DNA of 64,000 nucleotides from an uncultured Verrucomicrobiae bacterium (GCA_963837955.1 CAWIPH010000002.1:448001-512000), one strand, 5' to 3'. Shown: positions 49,947-60,201, numbered from the stretch's first letter. The notes: generated by a model from the sequence alone, not told the origin. A program made the numbers and translations.

Positions 49947-51053
49947 CTAACCCGTTAGCCGATCAAACTCCGTTAACGCCATGGCGATGACCTGATCCAT
50001 GTTGTAGTACCGATAGGTCGCCAGCCGGCCCACGAAACTGACATTTCTTTCTGCGGCGGCGAGTTCCGCGTACCGGGCATACAACGCCTTCGCGTCGGAG
50101 GCAGGGATCGGATAATACGGTTCTTTGCCCGGTCCAAAATCGTCCGGGTATTCCCTGACGATCGTCGTCACCGGCACCTGTTGACCGGTAATATGCTTGA
50201 GCTCGATCACCCGAGTGAATGCATGGTCGTTAGGATAGTTGACCTGAACCGCCGGCTGGAAGTATCGCATCGCCAATGTTTCCGGTTCAAACCGTACCGA
50301 ACGGTAGGGAAGCGGACCGAACCGCTCGGAAAAGTACTCATCGACCGGCCCGGTAAAAATCAGATGCCGGAAAGAGACTTTGCCCAAGACCTCGCGAAAT
50401 CCTGTCTGAAGTCGGACTTCGATTTTAGGATGATCCAGAATCCGTTCGATCAGGGGCGTATATCCATCTTTGGGAAGAGCTTGAAATTTCTCCGTAAGAT
50501 AACGGTTGTCGCGATTGGTGCGAATCGGTATTCGGGCGCAGACGCTCGGATCAAGATCGGTTGGGTCGCGCCGCCATTGTTTACGGGTATAGTTTCGAAA
50601 GAATTTTTCGTAAAGCTCATGCCCGACTTGGGAGATGATGAACTCCTCCGAGTTTCTCGGGCTTTGGATTGGCGTACGCCATTTTGCCAGAGTGGCCATC
50701 ATTTCTTCGGACGTAGCAGAGTGACCGACGAATTGCTCGAACGTGTTCAGGTTGATCGGGAAATTCCAAAATCGACCGTCGCTGTAGGAGAGAATCGTGT
50801 AATCGACGGGTTGCCATTCCGTGAACTGGCTCAAGTAAGCCCGGACGCGATCGGAATTCGTGCGAAAATAATGAGGTCCATAGTAGTGGATTAATACACC
50901 GGCCGAATCAAAACCATCATAAGCGTTGCCGGCAATGTGCGGCCGCCGATCAATGACGAGAGCTCTTTTCCCAAGGACTCGCGCAAAACGTTCGGCCAGC
51001 ACTGCGCCCGCGAATCCCGCTCCCACCACTAACAAATCGACTGAGATTTTCAT
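49947..51053 (-). CDS. glf: UDP-galactopyranose mutase
   Basis: VGAGFAG, HIAGNAYD, HYYGPHYFRT, YTRKQW, EPYYP, GRLATYRYYNMDQ. Confidence 0.94.
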   Translation of the reverse strand: MKISVDLLVVGAGFAGAVLAERFARVLGKRALVIDRRPHIAGNAYDGFDSAGVLIHYYGPHYFRTNSDRVRAYLSQFTEWQPVDYTILSYSDGRFWNFPINLNTFEQFVGHSATSEEMMATLAKWRTPIQSPRNSEEFIISQVGHELYEKFFRNYTRKQWRRDPTDLDPSVCARIPIRTNRDNRYLTEKFQALPKDGYTPLIERILDHPKIEVRLQTGFREVLGKVSFRHLIFTGPVDEYFSERFGPLPYRSVRFEPETLAMRYFQPAVQVNYPNDHAFTRVIELKHITGQQVPVTTIVREYPDDFGPGKEPYYPIPASDAKALYARYAELAAAERNVSFVGRLATYRYYNMDQVIAMALTEFDRLTG

Positions 51054-51253
51054 GCCGGGGACATGAATACTTTTCGGCCCGGACCCGTTTCGAACTGACG
51101 AGTTGTCATTGATGTGACTGGAGTTTACACCGATATCAATCGACGGAGGGAAGCAAAATGATCAAGGTTCCCAAATGAAGCGGCCGATAATCCACCGCGC
51201 CAATTTGCTATTGGCATTTTAGTATTGGTCACCGTCAATTTGTTTGAATCCTC

Positions 51254-51943
51254 ATGAGTCCTTCATTTTCTCTCTTCGATTTTGGCTGCTGGCTTGTGGT
51301 TTTTCTGTTCTCGTTAAGTGCACACGAAGCCGCTCATGCGTTCGCGGCTAAACGCCTCGGCGATGTCACCGCGTATCTCGGTGGACAAGCCACGCTCAAT
51401 CCCGTGCCCCATATCAGAAGGGAGCCGTTTGGTATGCTGATCGTTCCGATTGCGTCGTATCTCTCTTCCGGATGGATGATTGGATGGGCCAGCGCGCCGT
51501 ATAATTCTGCCTGGGCGGAACAGTATCCTAAGCGCGCAGCACTCATGGCCCTGGCGGGTCCGTCGGCCAATTTTGGCATCGCTTTGGTCAGCTGGTGCGG
51601 CTTGAAATTAGGTTTACTCGCCGGCATCTTTGTTCCAGGAGAAGGATGGCGTTTCACCGACACGGTCGTGGCGACCGAACCGGGAATCTGGACTGTGGTC
51701 GCGGTACTGCTGAGCGTTGGTTTCTTCCTCAATACGCTGCTCGGCGTTTTTAATCTGCTTCCGTTGCCTCCACTCGATGGTAGCGCTTTGCCGCTCTTTT
51801 TTCTGCACGACGAAATGGCTCGCGTTTATCAACGCTTCAGTCGAAGCGCGCTACCGGCACTCTTGGGTCTCGTCGTTGCCTGGCAATTCTTCCCACGGAT
51901 ATATCGGCCGGTCTACGCGTGGCTGGAGTCGACGTTGCGCTGA
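51254..51943 (+). CDS. Site-2 protease (M50) family membrane metalloprotease
   Basis: HEAAH, LAGPSAN and FNLLPLPPLDG motifs. Confidence 0.9.
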   Translation: MSPSFSLFDFGCWLVVFLFSLSAHEAAHAFAAKRLGDVTAYLGGQATLNPVPHIRREPFGMLIVPIASYLSSGWMIGWASAPYNSAWAEQYPKRAALMALAGPSANFGIALVSWCGLKLGLLAGIFVPGEGWRFTDTVVATEPGIWTVVAVLLSVGFFLNTLLGVFNLLPLPPLDGSALPLFFLHDEMARVYQRFSRSALPALLGLVVAWQFFPRIYRPVYAWLESTLR

Positions 51944-52129
51944 CCCTCTGCTACGCGCTGGTGACATAGACAAAAATCCGTAGATGCGCCTTCGTGGACC
52001 TGGGCGAAAAGGGTTGCGATAGTGACTGGATCGGGAGGTGTCCGGCCACGCGCTCGAGTTTGGAAACCTATCGACCAAAAACCAATAACAGCTAGATCCG
52101 CCCTTCAGGTTCTGCTAACGCTAACCCTA

Positions 52130-52468
52130 CTACCCTGGCGGCCATGCCATCGGTCTTCCTCCCAGCACATGAACGTGCAAATGAGGGACGCTTTCGCCGG
52201 CGTTTTTTCCGTTATTGATCACGATCCGGAAACCGCTTTCGCTCAAACCAAATTTATTAGCCAAGTCTCGAGAGACCAACAGCAATTTTCCTAGCAACGC
52301 TTGGTCACCGGGCGCGGCCTGGGCGATGCGCGGAATTACCCTTCTGGGGACCACCAGCAGATGAACAGGTGCTTGCGGATTATTGTCGTGGAAAGCCACG
52401 ATTTCGTCGTCCTCGAACACCAGCTTTGCCGGGATTTCGCGGGCGATAATCTTTTCAAAGATCGTCAT
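52130..52468 (-). CDS. Histidine triad (HIT) nucleotide-binding protein
   Basis: TIFEKII, PQAPVH and HLHVH triad. Confidence 0.92.
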   Translation of the reverse strand: MTIFEKIIAREIPAKLVFEDDEIVAFHDNNPQAPVHLLVVPRRVIPRIAQAAPGDQALLGKLLLVSRDLANKFGLSESGFRIVINNGKNAGESVPHLHVHVLGGRPMAWPPG

Positions 52469-53025
52469 CGGATCGTTAATAGCACCTGCGGAGGCGCCTG
52501 GCCACGCTCCATCTGAGCTCGTATATATTCGACGATCTCGCTCCGCAATTGCGAGCAGCTACGACTCCAGGTCTTGGTTGATTGCAGATATCGGACGCAT
52601 GGTTGTAAGCCATGCACGTTGATACTGGAGGCTCCTTCGCCAAATGCAGGTTGGATTCTTTCTTTTAAAAGATGAAAGAACGCCAACTCGTAACCAGGTC
52701 CAGCTTCATTTGCCAACTCGTAAAGTGAAATTTCATACGGAGGGTTCAATGTTTGATAATGGGTCGCGATCTCTCCATAACCGATCGCCTGGAGAACCGA
52801 CCGCATGATCTCGTCGATTTGCTGGCGGGCAATGATGGGGGCCTCGTATTGCGTCGACAAAAAGCAGAGTGCGCTTTCGGCCACATGATCCGCTAGCCAC
52901 CACTTAGTGTAGCCCGCTCGATCGGCCGCTCTTCGGAGGCAAATCGTTAACCAATCCGGGCGGATTGCTTGGACGCTGGAATCCTCCAGGCGAAGCATCG
53001 GCAAGAAGTTGGTCAGCGCAATCAC
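52465..53025 (-). CDS. Hypothetical protein coupled to nrdR
   Basis: 186-aa ORF with 4-bp overlaps to both nrdR and the HIT gene. Confidence 0.75.
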   Translation of the reverse strand: MIALTNFLPMLRLEDSSVQAIRPDWLTICLRRAADRAGYTKWWLADHVAESALCFLSTQYEAPIIARQQIDEIMRSVLQAIGYGEIATHYQTLNPPYEISLYELANEAGPGYELAFFHLLKERIQPAFGEGASSINVHGLQPCVRYLQSTKTWSRSCSQLRSEIVEYIRAQMERGQAPPQVLLTIR

Positions 53026-53513
53026 GGTATGAATAACTCTGCTTGCTGTGCGTTTTTCTTGGCCTTTTTGCTTAGCGACTCGATCTCGCTGATGAACTCT
53101 CCAATATCCTGAAACTGTCGGTAAATCGATGCGTACCGGATATAGGCAACCTCATCCAGCGAGTGCAGCCGTTCCATGGCCCTGACTCCGATCTCGCGAG
53201 ACGGCACTTCGTGATCAAAGGCTTGTTCTAACTCCTGAATGATCTCCTCAGCTACTCGCTCCAACGCGTCGTAACTCACCGGGCGTTTCTCGCAGGCCTT
53301 TATCATTCCTCCCAAAAGTTTCTGGCGATCAAACGGCTCAGGCCGGCCATCCCGCTTTATAACTCGCAGGTCACGCCGCTCGATTTCTTCGTAAGTCGTA
53401 AATCGATATTGGCATTTCAGACACTCTCGTCGTCGTCGAATAGCAGCTCCTCCTTTCGCCGAGCGAGAATCGATCACCTTATCTTCCAAATTACCGCATT
53501 TCGGACAACGCAT
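53022..53513 (-). CDS. nrdR: Transcriptional repressor NrdR
   Basis: MRCPKC...VIDSR...RRRRECLKC..RFTTYE zinc ribbon plus ATP cone, VAYIRYASIYR. Confidence 0.97.
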   Translation of the reverse strand: MRCPKCGNLEDKVIDSRSAKGGAAIRRRRECLKCQYRFTTYEEIERRDLRVIKRDGRPEPFDRQKLLGGMIKACEKRPVSYDALERVAEEIIQELEQAFDHEVPSREIGVRAMERLHSLDEVAYIRYASIYRQFQDIGEFISEIESLSKKAKKNAQQAELFIP

Positions 53514-53533
53514 CCAAAGTGGGATCAGTTAGC

Positions 53534-53551
53534 ACCACAAGATATTGTGGT
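53534..53551. promoter_or_regulatory. NrdR box upstream of nrdR
   Basis: ACCACAAGATATTGTGGT palindrome resembling the acaCwAtATaTwGtg NrdR consensus, 20 bp from the nrdR ATG. Confidence 0.7.
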
Positions 53552-53666
53552 TTGTCCAGGGAAAAGTACAATGAAAAGTTTCGAATGTGCGAAACGCTCC
53601 TTCAAGGTGTGTGCCTTGAATCGAGTTTCAGTGCAGAAGCACGGGACACTGCGTACTAACGGCAGT

Positions 53667-55142
53667 TCAATGAGCTTGGTCGCGAGCTCGGTTTTCGAAA
53701 CGCGTAAACTCTTTCAGGAAAGTGAGCGCAACATCGCCGGTCGGACCGTTGCGTTGCTTGGCAATGATTAATTCTGCTTCGCCTGCCTTTTCCTGTTTCG
53801 CATCTTCATCGGTCTCGTAATATTCCGAGCGAACAAGCAGACCGACTAAATCTGCATCCTGTTCGATCGACCCGGACTCACGAAGGTCGCTTAGTCGAGG
53901 GCGGCCTCCCTCTTTTGCTCGAGTGTCGGGCTGCCGGTTGAGCTGAGCGATTACGATGATCGGAATTTTCAACTCCTTAGCGAGTGATTTGATGCCGGCA
54001 GATATTTCTGAGATCTCGATCTGCCGATTGTCTTGCGCCCGCCGGCTAGTTGAACGGAGCAGTTGCAAATAATCGATGACCAGAAGCTGTATCTGGTGGG
54101 TCGCGGCGAGGCGACGGGCTTTTGCCCGGAGTTCTGCAATGGTCAAACCAGGAGTGTCATCAATGAAAAGCTTGGCTGTCGCTAGTCGAGAAGCTGCGGT
54201 GGTAAGATTAGGAAAGTCACGCTCGGATAGAAAACCGTTGCGCACGCGCTGCAGATTCACTTTAGCCCGAGAACAAAGCAATCTTTGCACGAGTTGCTGG
54301 CTGCTCATTTCCAGGCTGAAGACGGCGACCGGTTTACCCGCGTCGATCGCTACGTGTTCTGCAATGTTCATGGCCAAGGCGGTCTTGCCCATACTGGGAC
54401 GCGCCGCGATGACCACCATTTCGGCTGGATGCAGCCCGCTGGTCATGCGATCGAATTCGGTAAAACCGGTTGGCAATCCTGTGACCGAACCCCGATTCTC
54501 GTAAATCTTCTCGATTTGTTCGATCGCTTCCATCACGAGATCCTTCGTGGGGACAACGTCGATCTTTACGTGATCGCCGGTGATCTCAAAAATTTGGCGC
54601 TCGGCGTCATCCAGCAGTGGCTCGACGTTCTCTTGGTCATCGTAGCAGCGGGTGGAAAGCGCGTTGCAGGCCAATATCAATCGGCGCAACAAATACTTCT
54701 CCCGAACAATATCGACGTAATAGCTCGCGTTCGCCGCTGTCGGCACGAACGTGTAGAGTTCATTGAGAAACTCAGGTCCGCCGATTTCCTCAAGGAAACC
54801 GCGATCCTTCAAAGTTTGCTTGAGCGAAATGAAATCAATCGGTTTGCTCTTATCGCTGAATTCGATGACGAGCTCATAGACGATCTTATGAGCGGGAGCG
54901 TAAAAAGCATTCGGATGCAGGCGCAGAATGCAGAGATCGCCAACCTCTCTTGGTGAAAGCACCAGCGAGCAGAGGACCCCTTTTTCCGCATCTTCGCTGT
55001 ACGGAAGCGATCTCGGGACTTCTTTGCCCGGCGCGGTGTGAAGAACTTGTGAATAACCGCGTTTGTCTTCCGATTGGTACCTCCCTTGATTGCTCAAGGG
55101 GCTCTCAGCAGGTTTGACAAAACCTTGAGAACCTTTGGCCAT
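53667..55142 (-). CDS. dnaB: Replicative DNA helicase
   Basis: AARPSMGKT, FSLEMS, IDYLQL, QLNR, DLRESGSIEQDAD, KQRNGP; no intein. Confidence 0.97.
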   Translation of the reverse strand: MAKGSQGFVKPAESPLSNQGRYQSEDKRGYSQVLHTAPGKEVPRSLPYSEDAEKGVLCSLVLSPREVGDLCILRLHPNAFYAPAHKIVYELVIEFSDKSKPIDFISLKQTLKDRGFLEEIGGPEFLNELYTFVPTAANASYYVDIVREKYLLRRLILACNALSTRCYDDQENVEPLLDDAERQIFEITGDHVKIDVVPTKDLVMEAIEQIEKIYENRGSVTGLPTGFTEFDRMTSGLHPAEMVVIAARPSMGKTALAMNIAEHVAIDAGKPVAVFSLEMSSQQLVQRLLCSRAKVNLQRVRNGFLSERDFPNLTTAASRLATAKLFIDDTPGLTIAELRAKARRLAATHQIQLLVIDYLQLLRSTSRRAQDNRQIEISEISAGIKSLAKELKIPIIVIAQLNRQPDTRAKEGGRPRLSDLRESGSIEQDADLVGLLVRSEYYETDEDAKQEKAGEAELIIAKQRNGPTGDVALTFLKEFTRFENRARDQAH

Positions 55143-55148
55143 TCGGAA

Positions 55149-55679
55149 CTACCCGGCAGACTTTGTTTTTCGCCTCGGCCGCGACTTAGCGTCTGCTGCC
55201 TCTTCCACCTTGGCGGAACCGGTGGTGTGCACTTTGATGTCTAGCTTAAGAGCGGTAGTTACCGTTGCGTGCAACCGGATGGGGACCTCTAGCTCGCCCG
55301 ATTCCTTGATTGGGCGGTCCAGCTGAATCCGATGGCGGTCAAGATCGATATTTGCCTCCGAGCGGAGCTTATCTTCTATATCTTTGGCGGTAACAGAGCC
55401 AAATGCTTTTCCGGTTTCACCCGTTTCCAGCACGAACTCCAGCTTCAGCTTGCTAATCTTGCGAGCCAGGTCTTCCGCTTCGTTCAGTTCTGTTGCTTCT
55501 CTTTCAGCGCGCTTGGCCTTGAGCAGGTTCAGCCGCTTAAGATTGGAGGGTGTTACCTCGTAGGCCTTGTCCGTCGGAATCAAGAAATTACGAGCATATC
55601 CGGGGCGGACACTAACGATGTCAGCTTCCGCGCCCAACCCAGGTACGTTTTCTTTTAGAATGATTTGAGTGGCAGCCAT
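55149..55679 (-). CDS. rplI: 50S ribosomal protein L9
   Basis: VRPGYARNFLIP and FGSVT motifs. Confidence 0.94.
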   Translation of the reverse strand: MAATQIILKENVPGLGAEADIVSVRPGYARNFLIPTDKAYEVTPSNLKRLNLLKAKRAEREATELNEAEDLARKISKLKLEFVLETGETGKAFGSVTAKDIEDKLRSEANIDLDRHRIQLDRPIKESGELEVPIRLHATVTTALKLDIKVHTTGSAKVEEAADAKSRPRRKTKSAG

Positions 55680-55764
55680 GATCTTCTTCGGAAAGGCAGG
55701 GGGAGACTCGTACTTGAGAATAAACCAGCTGTCAAGCTTGGGGCATGGGATACCCGGACGTGCG

Positions 55765-55797
55765 AAAAAAAGGCCGCCTCCCCTACGGGAGGCGGCC
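55765..55797 (-). terminator. Rho-independent terminator of the sigma factor gene
   Basis: GGCCGCCTCCC-ctac-GGGAGGCGGCC 11-bp stem preceded by A7 (U7 on the minus strand). Confidence 0.85.
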
Positions 55798-55814
55798 CAA
55801 AAAAAGATACTGAA

Positions 55815-56675
55815 TTAGCTATACTCCAGGACCTCTTGAGGAATATCGATCGGTTTTTCCTTCTTGCTCAGAGCCCGACGTAACTTCGCCAGGGCAATAT
55901 TCTGGAGCTGACGGATCCGCTCACGAGTGACGCCGAATTTTTTGCCCACTTCTTCGAGTGTTTTCGGTTTGCCGCCATCGAGTCCGAACCGCTGGAAAAT
56001 AATCTTGCGTTCGCGATCGTCCAACACCTCGAGGAGTTCGCTGACCTCATCGCGCAAGTTCTTGTCCCGGAGCAACTCGAACGGCGTTTGAGCGTCTTCA
56101 TCACCGACAATCTCGCCAAATTCGGTCGAGTCATCATCGCTGATCGGCGCGTCCAACGAAGCCGGACGAATCGACACGGTCTTCAATTGAGACACTTTGC
56201 CGCTCGAGATACCAATCTCTTCGGCCAATTCGTCGTCGGTCGGTTCCCGGCCGAGTTCCTCGCTCATTTGCAAAGAAACGCGCCGCATCTTGGAGATCTT
56301 GTCCACCAAGTGAACCGGCAGGCGGATCGTCTTGCTCTGGTTAGCCAAAGCTCGCTTGATCGACTGTTTGATCCACCAAGCGGCGTAGGTACTGAGCTTT
56401 CCGCCCTTTGCCGGATCGAATCGCTCGACCGCCTTCATCAACCCAATGTTGCCTTCCGATACCAAGTCTAACAAAGGCAAACCCAAATTCGCGTAATCGT
56501 GAGCAATTTTAACGACCAAACGGAGATTGGCCTTAATCATAAGCGCTCGCGCTTCTCGGTCGCCCTTTTTGATGCGCGCGGCCAAATCAATCTCCTCTTG
56601 CGGGGTAAGCAGCGGGATCTGCCCGATCTCCCGAAGGTAAATCTTAATGCCCGTATCTGAATCTTCACCAGCCAT
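55815..56675 (-). CDS. Sigma70-family RNA polymerase sigma factor (RpoD/RpoS-like, no region 1.1)
   Basis: YLREIG, ANLRLVV, EGNIGLMKAVERFDP, STYAAWWIKQ, TRERIRQ; 286 aa. Confidence 0.93.
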   Translation of the reverse strand: MAGEDSDTGIKIYLREIGQIPLLTPQEEIDLAARIKKGDREARALMIKANLRLVVKIAHDYANLGLPLLDLVSEGNIGLMKAVERFDPAKGGKLSTYAAWWIKQSIKRALANQSKTIRLPVHLVDKISKMRRVSLQMSEELGREPTDDELAEEIGISSGKVSQLKTVSIRPASLDAPISDDDSTEFGEIVGDEDAQTPFELLRDKNLRDEVSELLEVLDDRERKIIFQRFGLDGGKPKTLEEVGKKFGVTRERIRQLQNIALAKLRRALSKKEKPIDIPQEVLEYS

Positions 56676-57134
56676 ACATGCAGTTTCTAATTAATCGTCC
56701 TAATAGCCCTTTATTCTCACCACCACAGAGAGAACAAAATGTTAACCACCTTAAATAACCTGACTTTTGACAGCCACACCCTCCCTAGTGTTCAAGGAAT
56801 TTAATGCTTACTGTCATTTTTCGTATTTTAATCCGCACAACAAGCTATCCGCGTTGCAGTTGGATCAGTTTTCGATAGAATCCATTCTTTACTGAATCTC
56901 TACCTTTCCCTATTCTTCCAAGCTTATACGCTTCCGTGGGCGATCCGAGAACGCTCAGTGCCGGGAAGCGGCCGCGCTCGGGGGATGCGCAGAAGCGAAC
57001 AAGAAGTAAAACACTTAAGCCCTAAAACGTCAAACCGTTTTTTTGGCAAAACTAGTGAACTTTTCCCTCCCTCGGCAAGAGCCAAACCGGTTCGGCCTAA
57101 ATTCAATTCTTCTTCAGCGATTTCCCTCCAAATC

Positions 57135-57211
57135 CTCGAACCGGGAGCAACCGGGCCGATGAGCAGATTGTAGCTCTCACGCTGAGAAGATAGGGCAAGG
57201 TCAAAGTTCAT
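57135..57211 (-). pseudogene. Possible 5' remnant of a flavin reductase-family gene
   Basis: MNFDLALSSQRESYNLLIGPVAP resembles the family N-terminus (YxLLIGxVAPRPIA); similarity then stops. Confidence 0.35.
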
Positions 57212-57555
57212 GGGTTTTAGAAAGCAGGGTGCGCCGTTAACAAAACTTCATAACAGTCTTCCTGAAGCCGAGACCAAAGTGACATGAATTCTATGCGATG
57301 CATTGACGGTCCCGCGCAAATCCCGGCCCTTATCCATTTTCATGCCGTTTCTTTTTCTAGGTCTACGACGGACGCGATTTGCGCTTTTTCCGCATTGCTC
57401 CTGCGGCCGACGCTGCTATCAATCCACAGGGTGCAGTAGGCAATCTGCCAAATTTTGCCTCCCTGAGAATTAAACTAGCAAACCCAACACAAACAATGCA
57501 CAGTTAAACAACAACTGTTGCTTAAACAGCTACTGTCTATTATTTGTCCATCCTT

Positions 57556-58125
57556 ATGACTGCACGTTCCATTCTATTTTGCACTCTGCTCGCTCTAACA
57601 GGCCTGAGCTCGGCCAAAGCCGATAACTACAAAATCGATCCCGTTCACTCTGCCATCATCTTCAAGGTGGGACATTTCGGAGTTGGACACGTTTACGGCC
57701 GTTTTGACACGTTCTCGGGTGATTTCGTGTATGACCCCAGCGATTCGAGCAAAGACTCGTTGAAAGTTGAGATCATTACCGACAGCGTCGACACCAATTT
57801 TCCGGATCGCGACAAGCACATCAAGAGTCCCGACTTCTTGAACAGCAAACAATTCCCAACCGCAACGTTCAAGAGCACGGCTGTAAAGAAAGTCGATGAC
57901 AAGACCTACGCGGTCACGGGCGATTTCACCCTGCGCGGTATCACTAAACCGGTCACGCTCGCAGTACAGATAATTGGAACTGGAGCAGGGCCAAAAGGGG
58001 AAACGCGATTGGGCACAGAATCAACAGTGACACTTAAACGGAGTGACTTCGACGTGAAGGCCTTTCTGCCCGCCGTCACTGACGAAGTGGAGCTAATAAT
58101 CGCGGCAGAAGGCGTCAAACAATAG
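57556..58125 (+). CDS. YceI-family secreted polyisoprenoid-binding protein
   Basis: Signal peptide, YKIDPVHS, GRF, SVDT..PDRDKHIKSPDF, GDFTLRGITKPV, RSDF. Confidence 0.9.
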   Translation: MTARSILFCTLLALTGLSSAKADNYKIDPVHSAIIFKVGHFGVGHVYGRFDTFSGDFVYDPSDSSKDSLKVEIITDSVDTNFPDRDKHIKSPDFLNSKQFPTATFKSTAVKKVDDKTYAVTGDFTLRGITKPVTLAVQIIGTGAGPKGETRLGTESTVTLKRSDFDVKAFLPAVTDEVELIIAAEGVKQ

Positions 58126-58147
58126 GGCGAGGGGCAAGCAGGCGTCG

Positions 58148-59011
58148 ATGGGCTCGTTGATCGGCCAGGGAATCGTCGGAGTGGCTCTGCCTGCACTCTT
58201 GGCGCTAATTCTCAACGGTCTCGTTCTGAAGGTCTCGGTTTTTGGCGAAAACCGCAAATGGTCGCTAATCGGGCTCATCATCGTTTGCTGCTTCGTTTTC
58301 AGCTATGGCGTCGTGTCTGGGGGTTTGGCCTTCCCTCCTCGCGAGGCGATCCACTGGCTTCCATATACCGCGGTCGGTGCGTTGCTTTGTGGCATTGTGC
58401 TGCAAGCCACAAGCGGCGTGGTCCAAAACGTCGTCCGCCTGGTCGCGGTTTTCGCCGGTGCTTTTACTATTCTTGAGTCGCAAATCTTCGGCCGCTGGTC
58501 CCCTCTCTTTTCCGTCGCCTGGCTGGCCGCCGTTACGCTTATTCTTTTCGCAACTTCGCGGCTCATCGAGCGCGCCGGCGCCTCGCGCAGCACGCCGACT
58601 GAGATGATCTTGGGAATAGCTCTCACCGTCTGCTTTGGCGGTATTGCTCTCTTCCTGAGTGGTTCCGCCGTCCTGGGCCACATCTCCGGAGCATTTGGTC
58701 TGGTCTTGGCCGGTCTAGCAGCTCTGACTATCCTCATGCCGCCAACGCGCTTAGGGCCGATCCTCCCTCTTATTTATGTGCTGGTGTTTGGAAATTTGCT
58801 GCTCAGCGGCTCGCTTTTCTCCGATTTGCCTTGGATATCGTCCGGGCTGCTCTGGATAGCCCCCTTCGGTGCCTTAATCGGCGGACCAACGCCCTCCGGT
58901 GCCAAAAATCGGATCGTACGACTACTTGTACGTGGACTGATCGTCCTTTTCGTAATTGGGCTGGCATTCGTTGCGCTCTTTTTAATCGCGCCGCCCGGAA
59001 ACGAATATTAA
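58148..59011 (+). CDS. Hypothetical multi-pass membrane protein
   Basis: 287-aa ORF made mostly of hydrophobic helices, directly after yceI. Confidence 0.7.
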   Translation: MGSLIGQGIVGVALPALLALILNGLVLKVSVFGENRKWSLIGLIIVCCFVFSYGVVSGGLAFPPREAIHWLPYTAVGALLCGIVLQATSGVVQNVVRLVAVFAGAFTILESQIFGRWSPLFSVAWLAAVTLILFATSRLIERAGASRSTPTEMILGIALTVCFGGIALFLSGSAVLGHISGAFGLVLAGLAALTILMPPTRLGPILPLIYVLVFGNLLLSGSLFSDLPWISSGLLWIAPFGALIGGPTPSGAKNRIVRLLVRGLIVLFVIGLAFVALFLIAPPGNEY

Positions 59012-59067
59012 TGCACCGTTCAGCTGAAGATGGCTTCTAAATTCTAGATTCGGCGTTCTCACGCCGG

Positions 59068-59313
59068 CTTGTCCGCCATAGCTCGTCCCCTCAAAGCCAA
59101 TATGCGAACAAGTTTGGCGGCGGCGGAAGGCGTAAGAGGACTCAGCCCAGGGTGGAGGCTTTGCGTAACCCTGGGGTGGATCCCAAAAAGCCCGATCGCT
59201 CTGAAGGAGCGCTGGAAATCGTTCGGCGACAAAGAATGCAACCGCGGAAAAAAAGACCGAACAGGAGTAAGCAAAGAAGATTCTTGAACAGAAGGTAGCA
59301 AAGGAAGCAAAGG
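59068..59313. repeat. Composite of degenerate intergenic repeats
   Basis: CTTGTCCGCCATAGC...GGCGG (cf. 35392-35449), AGCCCAGGG...CCCTGGG hairpin, and TTGAACAGAAGGTAGCAAAGGAAGCAAAGG at 59284. Confidence 0.5.
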
Positions 59314-59407
59314 CCTTCCACGTGAGGGTTCGGCCGAGCTCACGACTTCGGTTGCCGCATGTGATACCGAAAAGCCGAATGAACAACCCCGACGTGTCCC
59401 GGTCTGA

Positions 59408-59451
59408 TTTGCTATCGGCTATTTGCTATTTGCTATTTGCTATTTGCTATC
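59408..59451 (+). repeat. Heptamer array TTTGCTA
   Basis: TTTGCTA, TCGGCTA, then 4 x TTTGCTA. Confidence 0.85.
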
Positions 59452-59579
59452 TGTCCCCCCGACCCATAGCAGATTTTGGCTATCGGGTCACCTCCGCCGT
59501 GTATTCCGGCTCACGATAGCCGGATGCAGCGCGGCCAATCCCGCTCGATGACCGCGCGAAAAACGCTATGGGAGAGTAG

Positions 59580-59822
59580 TTAGAAGCGCTGGAGGATGAA
59601 TAAAACTATGATCGATCCGATAATCGATAGGATCAGCCCGGCTGGGTGGAACGGAGAGCCGTCTGAAGGTCTGGAAAAGATCCGAGCAATCAAACCGCCG
59701 ACGATCGACCCAACTATCCCGACAAGAATCGTTGGTATCAGTCCCAAATGGACGTGCATGATCATTTTGCCGATGATTCCCGAGATAAGCCCAATAATGA
59801 TGTACCAGAAAATGTGTAGCAT
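59580..59822 (-). CDS. GlsB/YeaQ/YmgE (transglycosylase-associated) membrane protein
   Basis: IIGLISG, GIVGSIVGG and SIIGSIIVL pattern; 80 aa. Confidence 0.85.
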   Translation of the reverse strand: MLHIFWYIIIGLISGIIGKMIMHVHLGLIPTILVGIVGSIVGGLIARIFSRPSDGSPFHPAGLILSIIGSIIVLFILQRF

Positions 59823-59943
59823 AATTGAAAATACGATTGAATGGGGTTGCCCCAGATTTGCAAAGCCTAATCTGAAGCGGGGTTAACGGTCTTTCACTTT
59901 GACGCGCGCGAAGCATACCGGCCAAGCGGCGCATATGGGTAGG

Positions 59944-60201
59944 TTAGATCAAATGTAACAGGATCTTGGCAATACCCAAAACTACGATTGCTCCGATGAT
60001 CGACATGAACAACCCGGCCGGGTGGAACGGACGCCCGTCCGCAGGTTTGGACCAGATGCGAGCAATCAAACCGCCGACGATCGATCCAACTATTCCAAGA
60101 AGAAGCGTTTCCCACCACTTCACATCAGGAACATGCATAATCCATTTCGCGATCCATCCGGAGATAAATCCGATGATGAGGTACCAGATGATATTTAACA
60201 T
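59944..60201 (-). CDS. GlsB/YeaQ/YmgE membrane protein, tandem paralogue
   Basis: Same motifs; shares GIVGSIVGGLIARI..P.DG.PFHPAGL with its neighbour. Confidence 0.85.
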   Translation of the reverse strand: MLNIIWYLIIGFISGWIAKWIMHVPDVKWWETLLLGIVGSIVGGLIARIWSKPADGRPFHPAGLFMSIIGAIVVLGIAKILLHLI

